Shown here piece by piece: positions 23,001 through 32,788 of a stretch of DNA of 64,000 nucleotides. Below the pieces are notes generated by a model. The model was not told where the DNA came from. It saw nothing but the letters and a program-made list of their open reading frames with translations, and searched no databases. This DNA comes from Savitreella phatthalungensis (Eukaryota), in contig AP039696.1 in NCBI GenBank assembly GCA_051599415.1, positions 434,001 through 498,000 on the forward strand, written 5' to 3'. The position numbers and the translations under genes were made by a program. The first letter of the stretch is position 1. Each line of letters begins with the position of its first letter.

Positions 23001-24386
23001 GACCTCCTGAATGGGCTTTGCGTCCTTTTGATAGGTCTGAAGGATCTCGAGGAAATGCTTGTATGTGTCGGGCTCGCCGCTGAATCGCTGCTTGATTTTG
23101 TTTACGTAGTTGATCGCGTGGTTGAACTCGACAGGCTTCTTCTCAACTGGTACGCCGCCGGGCATGCCATTCTGCTGCTGCGAAGCCGCTTGGCTGACCA
23201 TCGTCATGCCGTATGCCGCGTTGTTGGCTGCGTACTGGTCATCCGTCGTTCGCCAACCTCCAGCTGGCATATTGGGTACCGGCGCGGAGAAGCGTGTCGG
23301 GCCACCATTCTGTCCGTTGACCTGGCTGACGGTGCCCTGCGGTGTAGTCACGCGGATCGGATTGGGGTCGGACGGGTCCATAGAGCACTCGATCCGGTAG
23401 CCAGGAGGCAAGAAGGTGTTGAAGCCCTGGACAAGCGTCGGGTGACCGCGGAAAAGGGTGCTGACACGTTCGATCACGCCTGGCGTGTCGATGCTCTGAG
23501 ACTTGAAGTCCTTCATGATGTCGAGGAAGCGATTGTAGACGTCCGGTTGATCGTAGAATTGAATCTTGACCTGGTCGAGATATGACAAGGCGTCTTTGAC
23601 GTTGAGAGGCCTATAGCCCGCATCCGCAGCACGTTGAGCGGCCTGGACTACTGCCTGCTGTCCCATCTGCTGTGCTGAATCGTGCGACGGAAGCTGTCCG
23701 GATGCTGGCAGGGGCGGCGGGCCAGCCATGTATGCTGGGTGCGGGTTGATGTTGTGATGATCGGTCACAGAAGGCGGTCTGCTCGGTATGTCGCGACGAC
23801 GGCCGTCAGGAGCGCCAGTTGCTGGCGGCATATTGTTGCCAAGATGCGATACTGGAGGCCGGCCCTGGGAAGCTGGACGAGGTACAGCGTCAGACTGTCC
23901 CGGTTTGTTCTGTGCCACTGAAGCAGATTGTGTACCGGGAACTTGGCCTGACGCAAGACCCGACGGCGTGCCGAAGTTCGAGGCGGGTAGATTACTGGGG
24001 TTGCTATTTGCTGCAGAAGGTGCATTGTAGAGATTTGACGCTGGGGGAAGCTCCTGTCGCCCTGGTGGCGGCAAACTTGAGGATGGTCCAAATTCGCCCA
24101 TGGGAGGTCGGTCTGGCAGTGTGGTTGCGGAGATAGGTCCCGTCAGTGTTTCGGCGGGTTTCTGTGTGGACTCAGCCGCTGGATCCTGCTTGACTGCTGG
24201 TTGTGGTTGTGGTTGAGATTGTGAAGTGGTGGAGGCTGAAGGCGCTGTGCTGAACGTGGAGGTTCCAGGTAGCTTAGTAGATGACTGTGGACCTGAGCCG
24301 ACGTTTGTCTGCGACTGGTGATGTGGTGTCGCTGCGTGCTGCTGTGATGCTGACGGTGTCGACGCAGGTGGTCTGTCTTCAGCCAT
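20001..24386 (-). CDS. SIN3: Sin3 transcriptional corepressor (PAH domains, HDAC-interacting domain)
   Basis: PAH1 LNVKDALSYLDQVK, PAH2 VEFNHAINYVNKIK, HID GPSYRQLPK...CWEVLND...HPTWASED. Confidence 0.98.
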   Translation of the reverse strand: MAEDRPPASTPSASQQHAATPHHQSQTNVGSGPQSSTKLPGTSTFSTAPSASTTSQSQPQPQPAVKQDPAAESTQKPAETLTGPISATTLPDRPPMGEFGPSSSLPPPGRQELPPASNLYNAPSAANSNPSNLPASNFGTPSGLASGQVPGTQSASVAQNKPGQSDAVPRPASQGRPPVSHLGNNMPPATGAPDGRRRDIPSRPPSVTDHHNINPHPAYMAGPPPLPASGQLPSHDSAQQMGQQAVVQAAQRAADAGYRPLNVKDALSYLDQVKIQFYDQPDVYNRFLDIMKDFKSQSIDTPGVIERVSTLFRGHPTLVQGFNTFLPPGYRIECSMDPSDPNPIRVTTPQGTVSQVNGQNGGPTRFSAPVPNMPAGGWRTTDDQYAANNAAYGMTMVSQAASQQQNGMPGGVPVEKKPVEFNHAINYVNKIKQRFSGEPDTYKHFLEILQTYQKDAKPIQEVYSQVTELFKGAQDLLQDFKQFLPENNASASAAARMPTVGTFAPPQQAPPAPAPRDKKRRPAEPASRQTATKKAKSAHRTSDIGPVSPNLLPAAPEALPPPTGRYSTHIEELAFFDRAKRFINNKQAAVEFFKVLNLFTQEIIDKNTLVEKIDNFLGGSPELMDQFKKIVNYTGADEYFDNLPYNSRPKVDLSLCKAFGPSYRQLPKSETLLPCSGRDDMCWEVLNDVYVSHPTWASEDAGFVAHRKSQYEEALHKIEEERYEYDLNIEANARTIQLLEPIAQRISNMVDDEKRHFKLPPGLGGQSIAIYQKVIKKIYDKERGQEVIDQLHENPVIAVPVVLKRLKQKDEEWKRAQREWNKVWRETEVKNYYKALDHQGIHFKTSDKKAMMVRNLVSEIETLRRVQLEKRTSTLIPRPEYQYHYSFGEHDIILDVQRLLSAQIERMSVSASEKEKMLQWNATFFPLFFGINVETIIDSAGGTADDIAAHKAFHSGVSTRRKKAGEEVDLLKSIMKRTREAAHSKHRKLKDSVAEADELETNPPSRSSTPAVTSLEDKAGDVEPAAIEEHAQEVAAVEESTDQTQEEAKATADQNVESWTTVKPNTPAPGEDAARRTYNMYCSSTFYCFFRWFRMLYERLSYLKSVEQEATRELKQRKPNQNAVELGLIAQRLQQLNIEIDDESDHYEQLLMLCENLIDQSIDQAGFEDMLRYIYGTKAYKIYTVDKVVGLMAKQLHAIVSDDKNVAQTQAFQKDRTKAQTTAREQIVYRIQMESAIGTDDTIYRLEWDNSARMLHIQLMGKDDVPAVDAQSQTDAWRYYLDSFAITKPTFGVPQDKVRPCLQRNLPRAGDDEEEQEVLDRFVAHRYIQSRLELKICRNTYKIFYVGKTEDLIRKLPKYDGFTLDKEDDFRSARSGKFEDWISEKTSSAPAGKHPFADSPSESAATSNNKQFEQSAQETDGDAMVEDTSDPAATAPAPQSDSAAAADAPASNAGDVDMKDA

Positions 24387-25767
24387 GACGCGTGAATGCG
24401 ACCGGTGAGGGTGAGGGGTGTTTGTCGTTGAGCGTGATCACCTATCCGGCTGGAAGGACTAGACTTAAACTCAAAACCCCTTTTGCAGAAGTCTTTGGCG
24501 AAAGTGGAACGCACGTGCGAGTGTGTATTCGTGGGTGCGTGACTTGATGAGGAGAGTTGGCAGGCGTGAACCGTCACTGGCACCGCTTGCTCTGACTGTG
24601 AGCGGAGGTACGACTGGATTTTAAGTGTACGTGCAGGTGCGAGTGCTCTGTTTGAGTATCTCCTGAATGAGTACTGGAGATTGTGATGAAAAGGACGAGT
24701 CGGGGTTCGGGATGATGGTGAAGATGAAGATGAGGATATAGAAGAGGGGAGAGTGAGTGATATGGATGTCACTGTTACTTGGGACTTGACTATGGAACTC
24801 TCCTGGGTCTGTCTGAGTACTGCTGCTGCTACTGCTGCTGCTGCTGTACTGCTTTACTGGTGGTCGGTGTGTGCTGCTAGGCTGTTGGTAGCCACTCATT
24901 CGTTCAAGTGCGTATAGCTACAAGGTTGTGGGTGCTGATGATGGATTGATCGAGTGGGTGTGCATCAGGTGTGTAAGTCAAATGAATTTGAAAGTGTTGT
25001 GGCCTATATTCACAAGTCTGCATACATATCATGTATAGCATTTGCTCTATTCATTCACTCTGTTCACTGTCACTCTTAATCGCTGGTTGAATCTCCACAC
25101 AGACAGCTTAAATTACAGTGAAGCTGAATTTGGGCTGAAATTGGAGCTGAATTTTAAATGCAATCATACAACTCAAGTAATCATGTAGAATAGAGTCAAA
25201 AAGAATATATACAGAGTATATTGTCGATGGATCTAGCTAGCTCAAAACTGGAGACTTCGGATGTACATCTTCAAGACTGTATTCGAGTTCAATTTGATCA
25301 TTATCATCTCACTCTTCAAATGATCAATCTGGATGAGATGATGAATCTAATTCTGAGGCTTGATTTCAGGGACAACTTTCTTTTGGTGGAATCCTTCCTG
25401 TTCACGTGTATTTTTATGTAGTATGCAGTCATTTGCAATCACATGTATTCATCTCCATATGTGCACGCGTACATACATATGCATATGCAGATGCAGCTAT
25501 CAGTTGATCCACACGTACAGCCTTAGCATCCCTCGCACAGCCTCTTGCAGCAAGTCTGTCAATACTACTGGAGAGTCGCGAAGCTCTCAGTCATTCAGTC
25601 AGGAGTAAGCGCTGATCTTCGCACCGTCAGATCACTTGTTCTGAACTGCCCTGTGCAGCTGGCAGTAGAGAGAGCATGAATCGCAGTTGATCATTCAGTC
25701 ATCTTTACCTTCCACACCTTCTTCATATCTGCATTTCCACGTCCTTCTCGCCATCTTACTTCAGCGC

Positions 25768-26673
25768 ATGCCGTATTACGACCTCAATGTGCTGCATCCG
25801 GCAGATCCAGCTACCCTCCGCAGTCTACATGAGCGTAAGTCATACCGAGCTTCCCAAAAGATCATGCATCTACTTTGCACTATCGAACTGATCAACTGAC
25901 CTGTCCTCTTCACACTAGTCGGCTATGACACAGTCGCCATCAACTATGAGTTCGCTGGCAAATTCACGCCGACCCAGGTAATTGAAAACCCAATCGATCT
26001 CGACACCTTACAATCATGCGTGCCTGGAATGACGGTTCTCAGCCGGGTCACCATCTCGCTTGAGGACAAATCGATGAACTACAACCTCGCAAATGCAGCT
26101 TCCAGATTTGATATCCTCGCCATAAGACCGACGTCCGAGAAGACGCTTCAGTACGCGTGCGGCCAGATGGACATCGATCTCGTGAGTCTCGACTTCACCA
26201 CTCGCTTGCCCTTCCTCTTGAAATTTGCGATGGCCGGGACTGCGTACGGCCGTGGTGTTGGTTTGGAGATTAGCTATGCTGCTGCGATGGCAGACGATAC
26301 TGCTGGTCGACGTTGTCTCTTCTCGAACGCTTCCAGCCTGGTGCGCGCTAGTCGCGGCAAGGGGATCCTGATCAGCTCAGGCGCAGCCTCACAGAACTTG
26401 CTCAGGTCGCCGCATGATATGATCAATTTGGCCACGTTCTGGGGGTTGCCCCAGAATCGCGCAGCTCAAGCAGTCGGCGATAACGCTCGGAAGCTCATCG
26501 TGAAAGCCATGACTCGCAGGACTGTACACAAGGGAGTCGTGCGGATTACCCAAGCACCGGCGTTCACGCCACAGAAGAGGCAGGCGCAAGACGCAGTGGC
26601 CGCGCCTGCAGACAAGTTGACAAAGAAACAACGAAAAGCTCTGAAACAACAGCAGCAACACGTGAGGTCTTAA
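25768..26673 (+). CDS. RPP1: RNase P/MRP subunit p30; exons 25768-25834, 25919-26673
   Basis: MPYYDLNV start. Intron GTAAGT..AACTGAC..TAG (25835-25918) gives LHELGYDTVAIN; FDILAIRP, DIDLVSLD, GLEISYA, ISSGA, LRSPHD follow. Confidence 0.92.
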
Positions 26674-26696
26674 GCATCCATAAAATCTCTCCTATT

Positions 26697-27548
26697 CTAA
26701 GGCACGGGCGAAGTCAACCTGCACGGGATCTCCGACTCGATACCTGAGGCCGAGGCTGCAAGCGCGAGTTTGTCGGTTGCGGAGTTTGCTTTGGTCTCGA
26801 CGAGCCAGAAGCGGACGTCTACGCTGGAGAGCTGCAGCTGTCTGATCCGCCGAACAATGTCGAGCAGTGTGATGGGACACAGCGCCCACGGAGACCCTGG
26901 CGAGAGATCAGCAGGCAGATCACCTCCCACCAGCGCGCTCAGAGCCTCGGGAATCCGGTCGTCAGGAATCATGACGACGAGTCTGCTCGATGGCGAGCTC
27001 GATAGCGCGGAAGCGCTGCTGCTGCGGTCGAGTTTGGATTTCGCGAGATGGCGAGCTCGTGGACGAACGACGCCAGACACCTGAGCGACCGTCAGAGCGT
27101 CCACGACTGCACGCGCGAGTGCAGCTCTTCTCGACGAAGCACGACCCACGGAAGACTTGTTGAGGCGCGAGTCTGCACCGAACGAGACCGCTCTACAAAA
27201 CGTCTGTTTTGGGCAATCTGTCTCATCGCTACCACAGCCATCCTCCTCGGTCTCGACCTCGACCTCGACAGCCGTCACCTCGACCACGACGACGTCCAAC
27301 CTGGTGGCCACATAGCATCGCCGGGACTCGCTCCGCGACAATACTGTCGGTCGAGAGCAGCATGAAATCGGGTCGTAGCAGAGGGTCTCGCGTGGATCGA
27401 TTGTGGATGAGGCGCTATCTGGGGTGTACAAGAGCTCCGGATGCTGGGTCTCTTGCTGCTGCTGGGTCTCCCCTGAGGTGTGCAGCCTGCGATGTAAAGA
27501 TCCTGGTCCGGGCGAGGCTGATCGCCTGATCAATCTCACTCTGCGCAT
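26697..27548 (-). CDS. RNase H-like protein, apparently degenerate active site
   Basis: AVSFGADSRLN..SSRRAALARAVVDAL, RLVVMIPDD and VDVRFWLV...NSATDKLA parallel RNase H1 elements in order. Confidence 0.55.
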   Translation of the reverse strand: MRRVRLIRRSASPGPGSLHRRLHTSGETQQQQETQHPELLYTPDSASSTIDPRETLCYDPISCCSRPTVLSRSESRRCYVATRLDVVVVEVTAVEVEVETEEDGCGSDETDCPKQTFCRAVSFGADSRLNKSSVGRASSRRAALARAVVDALTVAQVSGVVRPRARHLAKSKLDRSSSASALSSSPSSRLVVMIPDDRIPEALSALVGGDLPADLSPGSPWALCPITLLDIVRRIRQLQLSSVDVRFWLVETKANSATDKLALAASASGIESEIPCRLTSPVP

Positions 27549-29177
27549 CGGACAACCTGTCTGTCTCCACCTGCTCAAATTATAAACGAAGGAAAGCACT
27601 GTTTATAGAGACAAGCCTAGACTGGATTGAGCATCTTCGAAACGAACTATCTCGGGAAAGGTGATAGAGCAATTAGCCTTGTGTTCCAGAGAGCACTCCT
27701 GATGGGGTCACTTTGCCTTCTGTGCTCTGTTGTGCTCCGGCCGTGGTTCCTTCCACCTGTTTGATCTCCAGGGAGCGTGGGGTTGTGACCGAAGGCGATT
27801 AGGAGATGAGCAGATCAGCTGGTCGAGCACGGGAGATGTGTCACAGGAGAATTTCGAGCAGGTCACACGATCCAGGATGTGTTGAAGAATGAATAGCTCT
27901 GAAGACAGTCCCATCGAATGGACAATGTCCATGTTGGTCGATGGAGGAATAGGTCCAAGCTCGGACGCAAGTGCGTTGCCAAGCTTGATCCGTGCACGAG
28001 ATTTGAGGCGGCAGCTTCCATAAATAGAAGCAGCCAAGCAACCGGACTGCATATGATATCCCCAAAAATCACTCAGTCGCCCTGCATCAAGCACAACCTC
28101 ACGGCGATCATTTCTCCTGGATACGTCATGCAGGAGAACACAAATAGATGGGTAGTGAAGCCATGAGAAAACAAATGCCGTGCGCATGCAATAATCGCTG
28201 ACTTGTCGCCACAATCACATCCGGGGTAGATAACGAGTACTATAATAAATCTTCAAAACAAGACAACATGAATCTGGCGAGATCCGATCTTTGAAAGTGA
28301 CTGGGGAGGTGACTGCAGATGACATTGAAGAGGTCGTCGGTCGGACGAACTTGATCATGGAGGGATAGCTAGCTGGTTGGTTGGGTGTATATGTGAGTGA
28401 CTGACCTGGAGGTAGATGACTGTAATTGATATATGCTGCATATGTATATATTGAGCTGGAATTCTGAGAAAGAGTATTTACGCTCACGTGACCTCTGTAT
28501 TCCTCCTACTTGACTGGCTCAGTACATATTCCGCGTCAAGGATGATCAATCGCTCATTCAATTTTGCAGTCTCTGCATTGGCTTTGGAAGATTGATGGAT
28601 CTATGTAAATTTATTTGTGCATCTTTCACTGTACATTTCACCAAAATCTTTGGAATTTCAATTTCAATTTTCAATGCACAGAATTGAGTGAGTGAGTGAC
28701 TGACTGACTGATTTTGTGCAAATGTGGATGCATCCATATGTAAATTTATGTATGTGAATGAGTGAGTGTGAGCGTATGAGTGATTGGAGGGAGAGAGAGA
28801 TATCGGAACGCACGACCCACCTGAACCTCAGCAAGGAAAAGATAGAACAAGCAAGCAAGTAACCAATCCACAGCCACCCACCACACTCAATCATCCTCAC
28901 CCACGCATCCTCCATCGACCGCCACCGTCATCTCGTCCATTCCATTTGACTCCTCTATCCCGAGATCCCAGCTCTATCGGCCTTTTGCTCAACAACGGCC
29001 GAATTGCTCCTCTCTACACATCACATCGACCATCCCTGATCTAGCTCTCATTAGCCCTTTCAATCCAAAATTCAGAAAGGGTATAACAAGGCAGACTAAG
29101 AGGGGAAACAAGAGACAATCACGGCAACCTTCTATACCGCCCCTAGTGTATATACACCCTCACAGACAGCTCCGGCC

Positions 29178-30185
29178 ATGTCGTCACGGCCGAGCTCGAT
29201 CGCACGAGAGTATGCAAATGCGAATCAGATGCAGGAACGCGAGTACTGGGACTACGACAATCTGGTGGTAACATGGGGTGCTCAGGACGATTACGAGATT
29301 GTGCGGAAGATTGGGCGTGGCAAGTACTCTGAGGTATTTGAAGGAATCAACATCTTGAACGACGAGCCCTGTGTGATCAAGGTCCTGAAACCAGTGAAGA
29401 AGAAGAAGATCAAGCGTGAGATCAAGATCCTTCAGAACCTGGCCGGCGGTCCAAACATTGTCGAGCTGCTCGATGTCGTGAGAGACCCACAGAGCAAGAC
29501 GCCTAGCTTGGTGTTTGAGCACATCAACAACACAGACTTCCGGCAGCTTTATGCAACATTCACAGACACCGACATCCGATACTACATCCGAGAGCTTGTA
29601 AGGGCGCTTGACTTCTGCCATTCACGCGGCATCATGCACAGGGACGTCAAGCCGCACAACGTCATGATCGACCACGAACGACGTAAGCTGCGGCTGATTG
29701 ACTGGGGTCTCGCAGAATTCTACCATCCGGGGACCAAGTACAACGTCCGGGTCGCATCCCGGTACTTCAAAGGTCCTGAGCTACTGGTGGATTTCCAGGA
29801 CTACGACTACTCGCTCGACATGTGGAGTCTAGGTGCGATGTTTGCGTCGATGATCTTCAAAAAGGAGCCATTCTTCCACGGTCACGACAACTACGACCAA
29901 CTTGTCAAGATTGCCAAGGTGCTGGGCACGGACGAGCTGTTTGCTTACCTTGACAAGTACGAGATCGAGCTCTCGTCCCATTACGACGACATCCTACAGA
30001 AGTACGACCGACGACCTTGGCACAAATTCGTCACCCAGGACAACCAGCAGTGGGTCTCCCCTGAAGCTCTAGATTTCCTAGACAAACTTCTCAGATACGA
30101 CCATCAGGAACGCCTGACCCCTTCAGAAGCCCTTCGTCATCCATACTTTAAAGACGTCCCAGCGCCTCCGGCAGGCTCTAGCTAG
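29178..30185 (+). CDS. CKA1: casein kinase II catalytic subunit alpha
   Basis: [52 protein letters not shown]. Confidence 0.98.
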   Translation: MSSRPSSIAREYANANQMQEREYWDYDNLVVTWGAQDDYEIVRKIGRGKYSEVFEGINILNDEPCVIKVLKPVKKKKIKREIKILQNLAGGPNIVELLDVVRDPQSKTPSLVFEHINNTDFRQLYATFTDTDIRYYIRELVRALDFCHSRGIMHRDVKPHNVMIDHERRKLRLIDWGLAEFYHPGTKYNVRVASRYFKGPELLVDFQDYDYSLDMWSLGAMFASMIFKKEPFFHGHDNYDQLVKIAKVLGTDELFAYLDKYEIELSSHYDDILQKYDRRPWHKFVTQDNQQWVSPEALDFLDKLLRYDHQERLTPSEALRHPYFKDVPAPPAGSS

Positions 30186-30269
30186 TCATCTCCCACCCGC
30201 CCTGTACACTACCGTAGAGAAATATCCCTCTTCATCATTCCCCCATTCCCCTTTTTCTATGCAACTCCA

Positions 30270-30664
30270 TCACTGTGCCGTTGACGCTGGCGGTGGTGGC
30301 GGGACATCGATCGCCAACGGCTGTGGAGCATTCTGCCTTGCGCACTCGTACAGACTTTTCAGTGCTGCCAGACACGCTCTCGGCTGGCCATCGTTCTCCT
30401 TCAGACACCCATCGTACGCTCTCACCTCTCCATCACACTTCTTCTTGACCGCTCTCACCGCGTCCACCCTGTATTGTCAGTACCCTCGATCCAATACCCC
30501 GGGCGGAGCCAGCACACGTACTTGTCCTCAGAGCAGTCCGTCAGCGCTCGTCGCTCGAGGTTGCAATCGACGCTCCACGAGTGTGGGTGAGTCGAGACGC
30601 AGCTCTGGTAGGCGGCCAGTTGGCGAGCACAGTGCTGTTGAATCTGGTCTAAGGGCGACACCAT
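30270..30664 (-). CDS. MIX14: mitochondrial IMS protein with two twin-CX9C motifs (Mix14/CHCHD5-like); exons 30664-30522, 30468-30270
   Basis: The two short ORFs join via intron GTACGT..TACTGAC..CAG (30469-30521) into one frame with four CX9C motifs. Confidence 0.85.
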
Positions 30665-30861
30665 CTCGTTCTCGGTTGTCACACGCCTGTGGAGGTAACG
30701 TACGTCATCTGCACAAAACTGGAGCTAGAAAAAAAAGGCAAGGAAAAAGTCACCTGTAGTGTTTGCGGTTGATATGGATGCATGATTAGGGTGAGATTAG
30801 ATGAATAGTATGTGTTTAATGCAGTGGGGAGTGTACACTGGGAAGGGATACGGGAGGTGTA

Positions 30862-32532
30862 TTACTGCCTGGCAGCGTCGACGGCAGTGGTCATGCGATC
30901 TAGTGCACGATCTCTGCCGAGGATGTGTAGGATCTGCTTGACGGGTGCTCCTGACTTTGCGCCTGCGAGGGCGTATCGCAGAGCTGCGAGGACGTCTGCG
31001 TTTGTTGCTTCCTGGTCTGATTGTGGTCTGAGAACGGTGTCCTCGAAGTGTCTTCCAAACGTGTCCTCGTCCACAGCAGCTTGCCAGTGGTCGACTGGCA
31101 TGCTTTCGATCCTCGATCGAAGGACCTCGAGTAGGTCTGCGAGATTGCTCGATTTCGATCGCCACTTGCGCAGCAATTTGTCCGTTTCAGGCGTGCCTGT
31201 GTGTTTCGGTGTCTGGAAGAAGTAGCTCCCTAGTTCAGGGATTCCAAGAGGATCTGCTAAGCGATCCTTGAGGGCTGTGATGACACGAGCGACGTAGGCG
31301 TCGTCGAAGTCTTGCTCGGGAAAGGCTTGGCGCAGCGTCGACTGCGCGCTCTCGACAAGTCGCGACATACCGTCGGCCGTGCGAGCAAGCCTGACGTAGT
31401 GCTGCTTCTGGAGGAATGTGAGCTTTTCAGGTGTCACGACAGCTGCACCGCGCGTGATGCTGCTGAGATCGAACCTCTGTACCATCTCTTCGAGTGACAT
31501 GACCTCGGTTTCTGCAATACCTTGCACCTCTTTCACCTCACCCGAACTACCGACCCCGCCGGACGATCCACCTGCGTTCCAGCCCAGCAGAGCGAGATAG
31601 TTCAAGATCGCCTCTGGCAGGTATCCGCGCGCCCGGTAGTCTTGAACGGTGGTGTCGCCTCTGCGCTTCGACAACTTTGCACCCCCTGGGCTCGCGAGCA
31701 GCGGCACATGAGCAAACAAGGGCGGTCCCCAGCCGAAAGCTCCGTAGAGTGCGAGGTGCTTTGGCGTCGATGGCAGCCACTCCTCACCGCGGATCACGTG
31801 AGTGATCTCCATCAGCTTGTCGTCGACTACGTTGGCGAGGTGGTAAGTCGGGAAGCCGTCAGACTTGACGAGGACGGGATCATCGAAGTAGGTGTCTGTG
31901 GCCATGTGACCTGGTCGGGTCTGATGCCGCGAGAACGATACTTGTCCGTGAACGAGATCGTCTACGGCGGGGAGGGTGTCTGGCATTCGTAGTCGAACGA
32001 CGTGTGGTTCTCCAGAGGCCGCACGCCGCTCAGCTTCGCTCGTGCCCACGTGAGTACAACGCCGGTCGTACGTGCCTGATTGGCCTGTCTTGCGCGCGCG
32101 AGAGCGTAAATCTGCCAGTCGATCCGCCGAGCAGAAACATCTGTAGGCGGTGCCATTATCGACGAGAGTCTTGGCATGCTGTGTGTAAATTGAGAGACGC
32201 TCAGACTGACGGTAAGATACTCCTTGCGGGCTGGCCAGAGGAGATGCGCCTGAGGGTCCTTCACTGACTTCGAGACCTGCCCAGGAGAGACTCTCGTACA
32301 AGCTGGCCTCTGCGCCTTCGACCAACCGCGTTTGGTCAGTGTCCTCGATGCGCAGAATGAATTGACCGCCAGTCTTTCGTGCCCACAGATAGTTGTATAG
32401 GGCTGTGCGGAGGGATCCGAGATGCAGACTGCCTGTGGGCGAGGGCGCGAACCTCGTCCGGGCAGGTCCAACACTGTGGTGACGCTTGCCGACGGAGAGG
32501 CCCAGTGTTCTCCTACATGACCTGCAAAGCAT
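30862..32532 (-). CDS. MSE1: mitochondrial glutamyl-tRNA synthetase
   Basis: RTRFAPSPTGSLHLGS, LRIEDTDQ, YRCFC, PTYHLANVVDD, KLSKR, with a presequence. Confidence 0.96.
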   Translation of the reverse strand: MLCRSCRRTLGLSVGKRHHSVGPARTRFAPSPTGSLHLGSLRTALYNYLWARKTGGQFILRIEDTDQTRLVEGAEASLYESLSWAGLEVSEGPSGASPLASPQGVSYRQSERLSIYTQHAKTLVDNGTAYRCFCSADRLADLRSRARKTGQSGTYDRRCTHVGTSEAERRAASGEPHVVRLRMPDTLPAVDDLVHGQVSFSRHQTRPGHMATDTYFDDPVLVKSDGFPTYHLANVVDDKLMEITHVIRGEEWLPSTPKHLALYGAFGWGPPLFAHVPLLASPGGAKLSKRRGDTTVQDYRARGYLPEAILNYLALLGWNAGGSSGGVGSSGEVKEVQGIAETEVMSLEEMVQRFDLSSITRGAAVVTPEKLTFLQKQHYVRLARTADGMSRLVESAQSTLRQAFPEQDFDDAYVARVITALKDRLADPLGIPELGSYFFQTPKHTGTPETDKLLRKWRSKSSNLADLLEVLRSRIESMPVDHWQAAVDEDTFGRHFEDTVLRPQSDQEATNADVLAALRYALAGAKSGAPVKQILHILGRDRALDRMTTAVDAARQ

Positions 32533-32788
32533 TGCCCCTTCTGCTCAACCCACCACAAGCACGGGCTCAGAAGCTTTGTGCCTTTGATGTGTGCCGGTCA
32601 ACGTCACTTGAGCAGCTATAACTTTTTAGGAGTTTCACTCGACCGTGCCCATATGTCATCGACTTGAAAATATGTACGTAAATGTTACACTGGGTGAAGG
32701 AAATTACTTGTCGGGTGTCTGATAGTAAGACGGTCAGCTTCGTGTGCTGCCTGTCGTCATGAGTCATTAAAGGTCGTTGTGGATTTGA

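Noticed and set aside
28975..28995. TCGGCCTTTTG resembling the U2 snRNA 5' end
   Set aside because: No following GATCAAGTGTAGTA branch-pairing sequence; a chance match.
29178..30185. Alternative CUG decoding
   Set aside because: CTG codons fall at conserved Leu positions (e.g. KLRLIDWG), consistent with the standard code.
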